A stretch of 64,000 bases of DNA, taken from contig JAURAI010000004.1 of assembly GCA_030829545.1 (NCBI GenBank), forward strand, positions 63,433 to 127,432, read 5' to 3'. This DNA is from Poseidonia sp. (GTDB lineage Archaea; Thermoplasmatota; Poseidoniia; Poseidoniales; Poseidoniaceae). Below, in pieces: positions 8,941 to 18,545 of the stretch (positions within the stretch are counted from its first letter, which is position 1; each line of letters starts with the position of its first letter). The notes under the pieces were generated by a model. That model saw only the letters and a list, made by a program, of their open reading frames with translations. It had not been told where the DNA came from and did not search any database. The translations under genes and the position numbers were made by a program.

Positions 8941-11900
8941 TCACAGGTTTTCTTCTGAGAGAACAGTCACGAGTGACGACTGTTCGGCCAAGCGCTTGTT
9001 GACATCATCACGTCGGCCCTTGCCAACGAGGTAGACTACGCCAAGCAGCGCAATGGTGAGGAGAATCACTGCAAACGGTAGTGCCGTCTTACCGACAACT
9101 TCCTGAGCCAAGTCAAGAATCGGGTTCTCGGATTCAAGGGCTTCTGGAATTGCCATGACGTTGTCGCGTTCATCGGATTCAACAATCTCATTCATCGGGT
9201 CAACAACGACGTAGACGCCCTTACTACCCGCAGTAACGGGGTAGAGAAGATACAATTCGATCTCCTTGGCATCTTCGGTGTCATCCGGGGCGAGAAGGGC
9301 TCCAACGACCTGTCGCATGACGACGCGTTCTTCGTCGCATCCGTTCTTGCGAATTTCATCCATCAGTTCCAAATCGTTAGCGTCATCATACTCGCAAAGA
9401 ACGATTTCGATGTCCGTTGCATGTACGTTGCCTGTGTTTTGCAGGATGATACCGATAGGGATGGTTGAATCAACTTCACCGTTCATCGATGGTGGCAGAA
9501 TAATCTCCTTAATTTCGAGATTTGGTGCACGAAGACGGAGTGTTACAATGAATTCGTTGGAATCAAAGTTCTCGCCGTCCCATTGCGGGGAGTCGTCGTG
9601 ATCACCGTCATTCTCCATGTCACCGTGCATCGAGACGACCTTCAAACCAAGTTGGCGAGTGTCAAGTTTTGCGTTGATGCCAATGGATACTGCAGCCACC
9701 GCGGTGATGGTTTCATAGGGTGCCATTTCAGGAAGACGGTATTCGCCCAAATCAGTGAGATAAACGCAGGTGTCTTCGGGGAAGGAAGATGCAGTGGATA
9801 CGTCTTGGATGCACGCTTCCTCAACTACAACATCTGCGCTGATTTGCTTCATCATGTACCACTGGACGCTCCAGCCATCAAGCATGTTCATGCCAGGAGA
9901 TTCGCCCCAAAGCAGATCGTCGCCGTCCTTCTGAGCAGTGTGGTTGTTCAGAGTTGGAACATCCGCCACGTTTCCGTTGTTGGTCACGTTGAAAGTGAAC
10001 CGCACAATCTTACCTGGAGCAGATGTCTTGACTGCATTGTCCACGCTGGAGTCCATCGAAATTTGCATGTCGTGGAATTCCTTGACCGTCACCGACAGGG
10101 TGATGGTGTCACGAAGACGCGTTTCTCGGCCGCTATCGTCCGGGTAGGCTTCTTCAGAGAAGGCCTGCAGAACGATGGTGTATTCTCCTGCCTCAACACG
10201 GTTGGGCACATTCATGAGAACGTCAAAGGCTTGGTATGTTCCTGGTGAGAGTTCCATGAGGTTCTCTCGAGGGATGTCAATGTCCCAAATGACGTCGACA
10301 CCAAAGGCATCGGTAACACGTGCAAGACGGAAGTCGAAGCGATCAGGCCCGTTTCCGTCGTTGGTGACCGTAAGGGGCAATGTGAGTTGCTCGCCTGGGT
10401 TCACTTCGAGTGAGGTACCAACATCGGGGTCAATGCCTGCATCCAAATCGTAGACGTGAATCACGTTGGTCGAGAGAATCACCGAATCTGAAATTCGTGG
10501 ATATCCGTCGAGGTATGCCTTGAGTGTCACGGCAGGACCGAGTCCTGACGATGCATTTGTTGGAGCACATACAGAGACACTCACCGTCTTGGTGACCGAA
10601 TCATCATTGCCTTGGATGGTCCATGCAATCGGGTCGCCAAGACCATCGCCAGCGTCTGCTGAGCCGGCAGCGTTGGAGAAGTCAACGCTGACCACCCAGT
10701 TCTCTTGCCGCCATGCGTCCATCGAGATGCCATCGGGCTTCACTTCAGGTGCGCCGGGCGTGACGAAGACAAGTTCACCAGAATCGAAGTTCTTGGTCAC
10801 ATCAATGTCATACTCTGCACAGTCACCGGGCAAGACTTGCTCGGAGCGATCTGGTATGCTGAACTCAATGTTACCGGTTGAACGAATCGATACGAAAACA
10901 CCCAGCTCAAGGATATCATAGGTTCCCTTTTCAACGGACTTAATCGGTTCGCCTTCAGACCAACCCTTGACATAGATGACGAAGCGTCCGGGATCTTCTG
11001 AAGTAGGGACGCTGACCTCGAGATTCTTTGTCACTGATTGACCCGGGTCAAGTTCAACGCGAGTTGGGAAGTTGATTTGCCAACCGAATGGCAGGAGCCA
11101 TTCTTGCTGACCTTCCAAGCTGTTGGGGTCCCAGAACACGAATGCATCGTTGACGTTTCCTGTGTTCGTGATGGTGATGGAGAACAGAGCTGTTTGTCCC
11201 TGTTCAATATCAGCCATGCTGTGCGACGTATCGAGGTTGATACCGTGAACAACGTCCATCAACGTGAGTGTGACGATGTCGTTTTGGATTGCTGGGTCTT
11301 TGTAAGACTGCGCTGTTATTCGAATTTCAGCCAACTCATCTCCGTTCGCCTGGTAGATAGAAGGGGCCTGTACTCGCATGTAGAAGCGGACATCTTCGCC
11401 ACCTTCGAGGAAGATGGGGGTGTCTGGGAAGATGCTGGAGTGATTGCTTGCAAAGTAGAGATTCGCTGTCCAATTCATCGGCACGCCTGAGATGTTCAAT
11501 CCGTAGGTGTCAGCAACCAAATCCTTTGGACCGGGTGTTGAATTGTTCATGGTCAAATTGTAGATGGTTTGTTGACCAGGTTCAATCACGTGATAGAAGG
11601 TCTCTCCCTCATCAAACTCGAGATCAACTTGCCCGGTAAGAACGTGGGAGTAACAGATTGTGAATCGGTTGTTATTTCCTTCATCGCCACACTTGTTGGT
11701 ATCCGACCAAGCAATGTGAGCTCCACTGCCCAAATCATTCGAGAAGGCTGGGGGCATTCCGATGCTCGGTTGCCGGCCGTTGTTGGGCCCAAGTTTGTTC
11801 GAATTCCATGTTGTCACAGATACCGCTTCCCACGGGTCGAGGGCGGTAAGGCCGTCTCCTGTCAGGTCGGTTTGATTGAGGCGAGCATAGAGGACTTCTT

Positions 11901-13968
11901 CATTGGCCGAGGTATTTCCTGAATCGACCCACGCAATGTGCACGTTGTTTTGGTCATCTGTTAGGAGTGAGGGGAAAACGGAGTTTCCTGCATAGGGTGA
12001 AGCAGGTGGCAAGCCGCCATTACCCTCAACATGAGAGATAGGGGTGTCGTTGATTTTCTTGATGGCGTAGGTGGAGAGACCTTGGTCGGCTCCGTCCCAA
12101 ACCCCTGCACCTTGCAAGCGAAGTTTGGTGTAGTAGACTTCGTAATTGACGTCTTTCTCAAATCCATAGTCACGTCCATCCATCCAAGCGATGTGGGTGT
12201 TGCCTTGCATGTCCACACCGATCGATGGGTGGAAGGAGTAAGCGTCGTCGATGGTCACACGGGTGTCATTGACAACAACAAGGTGGCCGTCAGCCCCTGC
12301 GCCTGTGTCTTCGTAGTAGGTGCCTCCTTGTACCCAGTGACCTGTTTCACCTGGGGTGAAAGACGGGTCGTTGTTCATCTTTGCATAGGGGTCCAAGACT
12401 GACATGTAGATTTCACGGGAGTTGTTGGTTGAGATGTAAACCATGGCTTCGACGAGAAGGGACATTTGGTTCGTACCCGATCCTGAAGGGAACTCGTAAG
12501 CCTGTCCGCCAGCATCAGTGTTTGCAAGAGTGTTACCCGGGCAATTACGCGACTGAGTGGAGACAATCCCGTTGGGGCACTGCACGAGGTCCATGAAGTG
12601 AGATTGGATGTTGCCTGCACCACCATAGCCTTGGCCGTAGAGTCCAACTGGAATAACACCAGAAAGAAGGCAGTTGTCGTGAGCTTCCTGAATGGCTGCC
12701 TTATCGTCGGCTTGCTGGGATGGGTCGCCGTCCTTAGGACCCTCGTCAGAAACAGGAATCACAATCTTGGTTGCGTTCGGGTTCCAACGGTGGTCGGATT
12801 GAGTGGGTGGGTTACCTGGAACGTTGCCTGAAGCATCCTTCCATGAAAGACAGGCCCAGTTGGAACCGGGGCCCCAGTCTTCACCAGAATAGCCGGAGTA
12901 CGTATTGCCGTTGTAGATGGTTCCGGGCAACTTGCGGATACCTCCGGAGTCATCTCCGGGTGTTTGACCAAGTGGTGTTGTTCGAGGTCCTGTGTTCTTG
13001 TTGTAACCTTGACAGTTGCCTGAACTCGCTGCGCCAGGAAGGGTGTTGCCCAGTCCGTAGATGGTTTCGTACACGGTCATGTTAGCGGTTTCGAGCATTG
13101 GCTTGATGCCTTGGAAGTAACTTCCAGAGGCGAAGTTGCCACCGTAAACAACCGTGCAGATATCTGCCCATTCCGTGTACATTGAACCTGAGGTGTCAAC
13201 AATAAAGGCCAGTTCGACCTTTCCACCGCGGGTGTCGTCCCAAGCGATTTGAACGTAGTCGTTGGCATCAACAACGACATCAGGGTGGCCTTTGTGGCCA
13301 ATGATCGGCGTGAGAAGAGTGTCGTCAAAGAGGGTGACGATGGCGCCTGAACTGATGTCTGGTTGAATCATGGAGTAGTAAATTTGTGGCTGGTTGAAGA
13401 AACGGCCAAGTTCGTCATAGTTGTCTTGCCAAACGATGTGGACATTGTTCTGGCTGTCAAGATCCAATGCTGGCCAGTCGCGGTTTTGTGAGCGACGAGA
13501 AATGATTGTGTCATCAATGGCCGAGAGTGTTCCATCGTCCGAGGCCATGCCGTCCATAGCCGCTGAGAATGGTTGCAGGGCAGTGTACATGATGGCGTGT
13601 TGGCCTGCTCTGTCAGCCCAAACGACGTGCACGCGGTCGTATTCATCAACTTCGAGGTCGGGGTGCCAAATCTTGTGAAGCCCCGAGTTGGTGATTTGGG
13701 TGGCGTCGATGAGCGTCTCCCCACGTGGTGAAATCATTGCGTAGTAGAGGTGGAGGTTATTGCGGGTCCAAACAACGTGGACGTTTCCTGAACTGTCGGA
13801 GCCAACGGCGGCTTGTGCGTCGGATGCTGTTCCCCCGTCAACAATCTGGACGGCTTCGGTAATAACAACGGTACTGGCGCTTACTGCGACGCTCGCTACA
13901 AGGAGCGAGGACATGACTGAAAGCACCATAATGGATGCGAGGCTAATTGATTTCATTTTTTGGCTCAT
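8941..13968 (-). CDS. Large cell-surface protein: signal peptide, beta-propeller with inserted vWA domain, CARDB/NEW3-like Ig repeats, C-terminal TM
   Basis: Seven P.l..D..n.vHi.W repeats; FIVDTSGSM MIDAS motif; repeated PG....l.vtN.GN Ig-like units; hydrophobic C-terminal helix followed by GKGRR. Confidence 0.88.
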   Translation of the reverse strand: MSQKMKSISLASIMVLSVMSSLLVASVAVSASTVVITEAVQIVDGGTASDAQAAVGSDSSGNVHVVWTRNNLHLYYAMISPRGETLIDATQITNSGLHKIWHPDLEVDEYDRVHVVWADRAGQHAIMYTALQPFSAAMDGMASDDGTLSAIDDTIISRRSQNRDWPALDLDSQNNVHIVWQDNYDELGRFFNQPQIYYSMIQPDISSGAIVTLFDDTLLTPIIGHKGHPDVVVDANDYVQIAWDDTRGGKVELAFIVDTSGSMYTEWADICTVVYGGNFASGSYFQGIKPMLETANMTVYETIYGLGNTLPGAASSGNCQGYNKNTGPRTTPLGQTPGDDSGGIRKLPGTIYNGNTYSGYSGEDWGPGSNWACLSWKDASGNVPGNPPTQSDHRWNPNATKIVIPVSDEGPKDGDPSQQADDKAAIQEAHDNCLLSGVIPVGLYGQGYGGAGNIQSHFMDLVQCPNGIVSTQSRNCPGNTLANTDAGGQAYEFPSGSGTNQMSLLVEAMVYISTNNSREIYMSVLDPYAKMNNDPSFTPGETGHWVQGGTYYEDTGAGADGHLVVVNDTRVTIDDAYSFHPSIGVDMQGNTHIAWMDGRDYGFEKDVNYEVYYTKLRLQGAGVWDGADQGLSTYAIKKINDTPISHVEGNGGLPPASPYAGNSVFPSLLTDDQNNVHIAWVDSGNTSANEEVLYARLNQTDLTGDGLTALDPWEAVSVTTWNSNKLGPNNGRQPSIGMPPAFSNDLGSGAHIAWSDTNKCGDEGNNNRFTICYSHVLTGQVDLEFDEGETFYHVIEPGQQTIYNLTMNNSTPGPKDLVADTYGLNISGVPMNWTANLYFASNHSSIFPDTPIFLEGGEDVRFYMRVQAPSIYQANGDELAEIRITAQSYKDPAIQNDIVTLTLMDVVHGINLDTSHSMADIEQGQTALFSITITNTGNVNDAFVFWDPNSLEGQQEWLLPFGWQINFPTRVELDPGQSVTKNLEVSVPTSEDPGRFVIYVKGWSEGEPIKSVEKGTYDILELGVFVSIRSTGNIEFSIPDRSEQVLPGDCAEYDIDVTKNFDSGELVFVTPGAPEVKPDGISMDAWRQENWVVSVDFSNAAGSADAGDGLGDPIAWTIQGNDDSVTKTVSVSVCAPTNASSGLGPAVTLKAYLDGYPRISDSVILSTNVIHVYDLDAGIDPDVGTSLEVNPGEQLTLPLTVTNDGNGPDRFDFRLARVTDAFGVDVIWDIDIPRENLMELSPGTYQAFDVLMNVPNRVEAGEYTIVLQAFSEEAYPDDSGRETRLRDTITLSVTVKEFHDMQISMDSSVDNAVKTSAPGKIVRFTFNVTNNGNVADVPTLNNHTAQKDGDDLLWGESPGMNMLDGWSVQWYMMKQISADVVVEEACIQDVSTASSFPEDTCVYLTDLGEYRLPEMAPYETITAVAAVSIGINAKLDTRQLGLKVVSMHGDMENDGDHDDSPQWDGENFDSNEFIVTLRLRAPNLEIKEIILPPSMNGEVDSTIPIGIILQNTGNVHATDIEIVLCEYDDANDLELMDEIRKNGCDEERVVMRQVVGALLAPDDTEDAKEIELYLLYPVTAGSKGVYVVVDPMNEIVESDERDNVMAIPEALESENPILDLAQEVVGKTALPFAVILLTIALLGVVYLVGKGRRDDVNKRLAEQSSLVTVLSEENL

Positions 13969-13972
13969 GGAG

Positions 13973-14018
13973 TCACCTCAAAGGTCTAACAATTCAACGA
14001 GATTCTTATCATACTTAA
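13973..14018 (-). promoter_or_regulatory. RBS (GAGGTGA, 13973-13979) and candidate TATA box (TTAAGTA, 14012-14018) of the surface-protein gene
   Basis: Read on the minus strand upstream of ATG 13968. Confidence 0.5.
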
Positions 14019-14097
14019 CCGCGTTCCCCTTCGGTCTGCCAAATCGCGGCCTGATGTGTCGCAAGACACCGCTTACCTCGTCGCTACTCTTTCGATT

Positions 14098-14733
14098 CTA
14101 AGCCCATTCGCTCGGATCAAAGCCACTTCCAAATGACATCTTTTCATCGAATTCAACCTGGGGGGCGGTCCCATCACTTTGTGGAGTTTGCGTGCCATCT
14201 GGTTTTGCCTTGGATTTTGGCCAATCATCAACCGGGCCTGGTTTTCCAATACCGGGGCCGTAGGAATACTTGATTTCGTGAATGAGGGCGAGTTTGGCAA
14301 GCCAAAGGCGACGGAGATTGTTCATGAATTCATGCTTGCTTAATCCGTCAAACCAAATGGGAAGGCTGACGTTGAATGCTTGAAGTGGCCCTGGCTTCTT
14401 TTCGCCCTGATGGCCCATGTGAATGGCCCAGTCAACACCCGTACGAATGAGGTGCAATCGGCTTTCATGAACCCATTCAGCCCAATCGCTCTCTTCGTCA
14501 TCCATGTGTGCTTTCATCTCTTTTTGCTGGCCCTCATCAACGCGTGTCATGCTCGATAACGCAACAAGATCGCGTCCTTTGGGAATGACAACGGCGAACA
14601 TGTGGCCTTGTTTGCCGCCAGGGTACCTCACGAGGAAATGGGCATGAGCCCGCGGGTCCTTTTGTGATTTGGCAGTGAGGCGTTCTTCGGTAAGCCACTG
14701 CTTGAGTACATCAACCACTTCATCGGGCGTCAT
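14098..14733 (-). CDS. DUF2299-like protein
   Basis: N-terminal pattern ..WL.EE......D..A..HF....P, typical of archaeal DUF2299 proteins; acidic tail. Confidence 0.65.
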   Translation of the reverse strand: MTPDEVVDVLKQWLTEERLTAKSQKDPRAHAHFLVRYPGGKQGHMFAVVIPKGRDLVALSSMTRVDEGQQKEMKAHMDDEESDWAEWVHESRLHLIRTGVDWAIHMGHQGEKKPGPLQAFNVSLPIWFDGLSKHEFMNNLRRLWLAKLALIHEIKYSYGPGIGKPGPVDDWPKSKAKPDGTQTPQSDGTAPQVEFDEKMSFGSGFDPSEWA

Positions 14734-14781
14734 GGTTCAACCCAAACCCTCATCCCGTTTGAAACACACTCTTTTTGAGGA

Positions 14782-16371
14782 CTATATTTGCCCAAGAAGG
14801 TGAAACAGGCGTTCTTTTTGTTCCCGGCCCATCGTGCGACGCTTCCAGACGCTTCGGAGGTCAACCCATGCATCCCACGCCCGTGCGAAGCTTTTACCGC
14901 TCAGCCAAAAGAGTGGAAACATCAAGAAATAGGTGGCGATTGCAGCCATTATTTGTTCACTTGTAGTCATGCTACTCCATGCGGGTAAGATGGAGTGAAG
15001 GGCGTCAAAAATTGTGGCGGCATTCACCCAAAATGCGCCTGTCCAAAGCAACGCGATGATTGGCCAGATAAGAAGCGAGCCGAAAAAGGCAGCAAGGAAT
15101 TGGTAACTCGTCCTCGCATCCAACCCTTCATCGGTTGAATCACCAAGAAGACGCCCAAGAAGTACTTGTAGGCCCAGTGAACTAAGCGAGAGAGGGAGAA
15201 GGAGTAGGAAGGCGACAAAGGCTACGAAATTCATCGGCGCCTTCGCCAGACGCCCCCTCTTCAAGCCGGTCCCCGTTGCATTGAGGGCGCGTCCATCGAG
15301 TTGGTTGCGCTCGAGAATTTCCGCAGCCTCAATGGCGTGCACCATCCGTTCATCAGCGATAGGTTTGGGGGGAAAGGCGTCAGGTTCTGACGACCATTCT
15401 TCGCGAACTGTTCGGGCAGCATGCACTTCATCCTGCCATCGAGGCAATTGGCGCCCTTCCCTCCGTGCATGGAGGTGCGCGACCAGATGAAGCGCTCGGT
15501 GCTCTTCCCACGTTGCTGTATTCGGTGTTTGGAAGGGGAGTTGGTTTTGGAGACGGTCTCGTAATGAATGGACAACTTCTGCTGGAGGTTCAACCCATCC
15601 TCCTTGTTTGACAGCGTCCACCATTTCTTCAGGAATAAGGTCGTCAGTCACTTGAATTGGTTCACCGAATTCGACGTATTGGTCTGTTCTGAAATCTTCT
15701 CTGCAGCGGAAATGCAATCCCACGGGGAGCAGGTGAGGGAGTTCCAAATCATTGGCTTTCGCAAGCGCTGCTGAAGCAAGAACGGTGCGAATGGGCCCTG
15801 TTTTGAATCGAATCATGTGGGATTCACTGTGACTGGTACCTTCTGGGAAAAGAACGCATCCAAAGCCGTGCGCTACGCCGTTTGCCAAGGCGAGGAGGGA
15901 GCGCCCATTGAGGTGCATGGCTTCTTCTTCAGTACATCCGCCGCGCAGGAGTTCCGCTTTTCTAACAACCGGTTGAACTGCCAGACGTCGCGTCCACCAG
16001 CCCAGAAGCGGACGTGTGACGAGATCGTGTCTCGCACCCACAACGAACTCTTTGGGGTGTTGAAGAAAGATGCCAAGGGGGTCCATGAGCCCGTTGGTAT
16101 GCCAACCGCAACACATGGCTCCACCGCCCGATTGAGAGAGGGGGGTTGCACGGGTTGTACTGGTGGTTCGAAATTGTACACTTGCAACCCTGCGGCACAT
16201 CCAAAAAGCTACTTTTGTCCAAATGTACGAACCCGGAATTGAACTCGTGTATGTAGGAAGAGGGGTTGCAAGAAGTTTGTCAATGCGCATTTTTTTTGCC
16301 GAAGCGGAGAGAATTGGCAACACTTCGCCATTGTGGACCGCTTCGTCTTCTTCAGTAACGATGGTAGCCAT
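14782..16371 (-). CDS. PlsC-like glycerolipid acyltransferase (LPLAT superfamily) with C-terminal TM helices
   Basis: HTNGLMD (HX4D-type block I), PVVR, LFPEGTS (block III), FKTG, LPVGL. Confidence 0.85.
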   Translation of the reverse strand: MATIVTEEDEAVHNGEVLPILSASAKKMRIDKLLATPLPTYTSSIPGSYIWTKVAFWMCRRVASVQFRTTSTTRATPLSQSGGGAMCCGWHTNGLMDPLGIFLQHPKEFVVGARHDLVTRPLLGWWTRRLAVQPVVRKAELLRGGCTEEEAMHLNGRSLLALANGVAHGFGCVLFPEGTSHSESHMIRFKTGPIRTVLASAALAKANDLELPHLLPVGLHFRCREDFRTDQYVEFGEPIQVTDDLIPEEMVDAVKQGGWVEPPAEVVHSLRDRLQNQLPFQTPNTATWEEHRALHLVAHLHARREGRQLPRWQDEVHAARTVREEWSSEPDAFPPKPIADERMVHAIEAAEILERNQLDGRALNATGTGLKRGRLAKAPMNFVAFVAFLLLLPLSLSSLGLQVLLGRLLGDSTDEGLDARTSYQFLAAFFGSLLIWPIIALLWTGAFWVNAATIFDALHSILPAWSSMTTSEQIMAAIATYFLMFPLFWLSGKSFARAWDAWVDLRSVWKRRTMGREQKERLFHLLGQI

Positions 16372-16796
16372 TAATTCACGACCTGCAAGGATGTAGCCAA
16401 TGAAGCCAATGATTGATGGTCCGGTTCAGAGGTAGGGGTTGATGGCCACATGGACATCAAGGTCCCTCCGCCGTCCCCTTGAGTGCGAGGGAGGACATGG
16501 AAATGGACGTGGGGTACTTCTTGGCCTGCAAGAGGGCCATCGTGGAGACAGACGGTGAAATCAGTCGTTGAGAAATGGGCTCCCAAACGTTGTTGAACCA
16601 CAGTAATGCCTTCCATCAGCCCATTCAATTCCTGTGAGTTGAGTTCTGAAAGGCGTTGAACTGCCTTTCGCGGAATGACAAGTGTGTGGCCTTCTCTTCG
16701 TGGAAAAATATCCAAAAATGCATACCACGATTCACCTTGAGCGACGCAATGTGAGGGGATTTGGCCAGAAAGAATGCTTTCAAACAAGGTCCCCAT
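16371..16796 (-). CDS. HIT family nucleotide hydrolase
   Basis: AFLDIFP..EGHTLVIP and GQEVPHVHFHVLPR histidine triad. Confidence 0.95.
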   Translation of the reverse strand: MGTLFESILSGQIPSHCVAQGESWYAFLDIFPRREGHTLVIPRKAVQRLSELNSQELNGLMEGITVVQQRLGAHFSTTDFTVCLHDGPLAGQEVPHVHFHVLPRTQGDGGGTLMSMWPSTPTSEPDHQSLASLATSLQVVN

Positions 16797-16826
16797 GATT
16801 GACTTCGAAGCCGTTCATGCCTTTCT

Positions 16827-18446
16827 TCATTGTGGAGCAAGAACCCAATGGCCGCCTGCTCCTTTCTTAATCGCAAGCGTGCCGGTGACTCCTTGATGGT
16901 CAACGGTGACGTGGTGAAGGAAGTCCTCATTTGCCTCTGGGAAATCTTCTCGGACAAAGGAGCCACGAGATTCTTCCCTAGCAAGTCCACTTTGCACCGA
17001 TGCGGTGAGGAGGCGAACTGCGGCTTGGGTTCGCAGCACTTCGAGGAGGTTCGTATTCGCAATCAAAGATTGCTGATCCAAGTGCAACGATTCAGCAGAA
17101 TGGCTCGCCGCCTCTAATTTATTGAGGAGCGAAGCCATCGATGATGCGGTGAAGGTAGGAGTTGATGCGAGTGCTGATTGCACAGAAGCCATCACGGTGC
17201 CGCAGCGAACAACGTGGGTTTCTTCACTGTCTCCCATCATTGCTGATAGGTCAGCTTCGGCTTGCTCAACGGCCGCTTGGATAGAATCGGGGGTGCTGAA
17301 TTTGCGGTCGGCCACCCAAGATGCTGCGTGCTTGCCTGCGTTTGCACCGGATTCAAGCGCATCAAGAAGGCGGTTTCCGGGGAGAGTTGCGGCTCCATGG
17401 AAGCCAGTGCAAGCGGCATCGCCTGCAGCGTAAAGACTCGTGAACCAACGCGACCATGCGCCAATAACACACCGTCCCTGTCCATCGACTGGCAAGCCAC
17501 CGATGGTGTGGCCCACGACGGAATCGAGTGGGACGGTTTGACGGTTCATGTCAATGCCCGTTCGTTGCTGTACCAAGCGGAACAAGGAAGACCACCATGC
17601 TGCGGATTCGCCCAAATTACGTGCATCGAGGACGGGTTGAACCGCTGATTGAATGGCTTGGGCCATCTCAAGAGGATTGAGGTCAGCGACTTCAATTGCA
17701 GCGCCTGAGCCTTCGTGCAATTTTGCACCGTCGTTGAGTAGACCTGTGGGCAAGAAAAGATTGGTGCCCTTGATTGTCAGGGGGTGATGTGTCATGAATT
17801 CCATGTCTCTCAAAGCGATTCCAGCGCGGAATGCCATGTCCATGCCCAGTCCAACAACACCTGAAGAAAAAGCACCTTCAAAGCCTTCATCTGCAATGAT
17901 GAGGGCTTTGCATTGTAAACCAACAACACGACCGTTCATCATATCCAAGGCCACGAGTCCATCTACGGATTGATCGGAATGTACGAGGGTAAGGGGAATG
18001 TGGTCGCCTCGGCGAATGACGCCGTGGCGCATGCACTGCTCCTCGCCAATTTGTTGGAATTGTCGGGAGGTTGCGCTTCCAGCATCAACCGTACGAGGCT
18101 GGGCGTGCCCGACGGCTTTTCGGACCATGGGAAGGCCTTGGGAGTCTCGGCGGAAGTTGATGCCACGGCGCTCAAGGAGGTCGACGTGGCGATTCGCATT
18201 GGCAGTGGTTTGTGCAACAACATCCTGGTCATTGAGGAAGGCCCCGGTACGGATGGTGTCTTCACGATGGCTGCGGTTATTTGTTTCTTGAAGCGATGCG
18301 GACAGCCCTTCGAGGGGTGCCATGCCGGGTTGGCCGAGGGCTGTGGAAGAAATCATGAGCGTGCTTGCTCCGTCCCGTGCGGCTTCGGCAGCAGCATTCA
18401 TGGCAGCAGGGCCGTCTCCGAGAACAATGACATCCCATGCTTCCAT
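16827..18446 (-). CDS. SdhA/FrdA/NadB-family FAD-binding protein with degenerate active-site motifs
   Basis: DVIVLGDGPA, LYAAGDAAC.GFHG...L.GN.L, REESRG..R.DFP. Several catalytic motifs are altered (see findings). Confidence 0.8.
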   Translation of the reverse strand: MEAWDVIVLGDGPAAMNAAAEAARDGASTLMISSTALGQPGMAPLEGLSASLQETNNRSHREDTIRTGAFLNDQDVVAQTTANANRHVDLLERRGINFRRDSQGLPMVRKAVGHAQPRTVDAGSATSRQFQQIGEEQCMRHGVIRRGDHIPLTLVHSDQSVDGLVALDMMNGRVVGLQCKALIIADEGFEGAFSSGVVGLGMDMAFRAGIALRDMEFMTHHPLTIKGTNLFLPTGLLNDGAKLHEGSGAAIEVADLNPLEMAQAIQSAVQPVLDARNLGESAAWWSSLFRLVQQRTGIDMNRQTVPLDSVVGHTIGGLPVDGQGRCVIGAWSRWFTSLYAAGDAACTGFHGAATLPGNRLLDALESGANAGKHAASWVADRKFSTPDSIQAAVEQAEADLSAMMGDSEETHVVRCGTVMASVQSALASTPTFTASSMASLLNKLEAASHSAESLHLDQQSLIANTNLLEVLRTQAAVRLLTASVQSGLAREESRGSFVREDFPEANEDFLHHVTVDHQGVTGTLAIKKGAGGHWVLAPQ

Positions 18447-18545
18447 CTTGAATCCCCTCAAGGCTGGCGAAGTGGCGGACTGACATAAGGTGCGCGCTTG
18501 AGCCCTCTCGGACCCAGCGTGTATTCTTAGGCAGAATAGAAGCTC

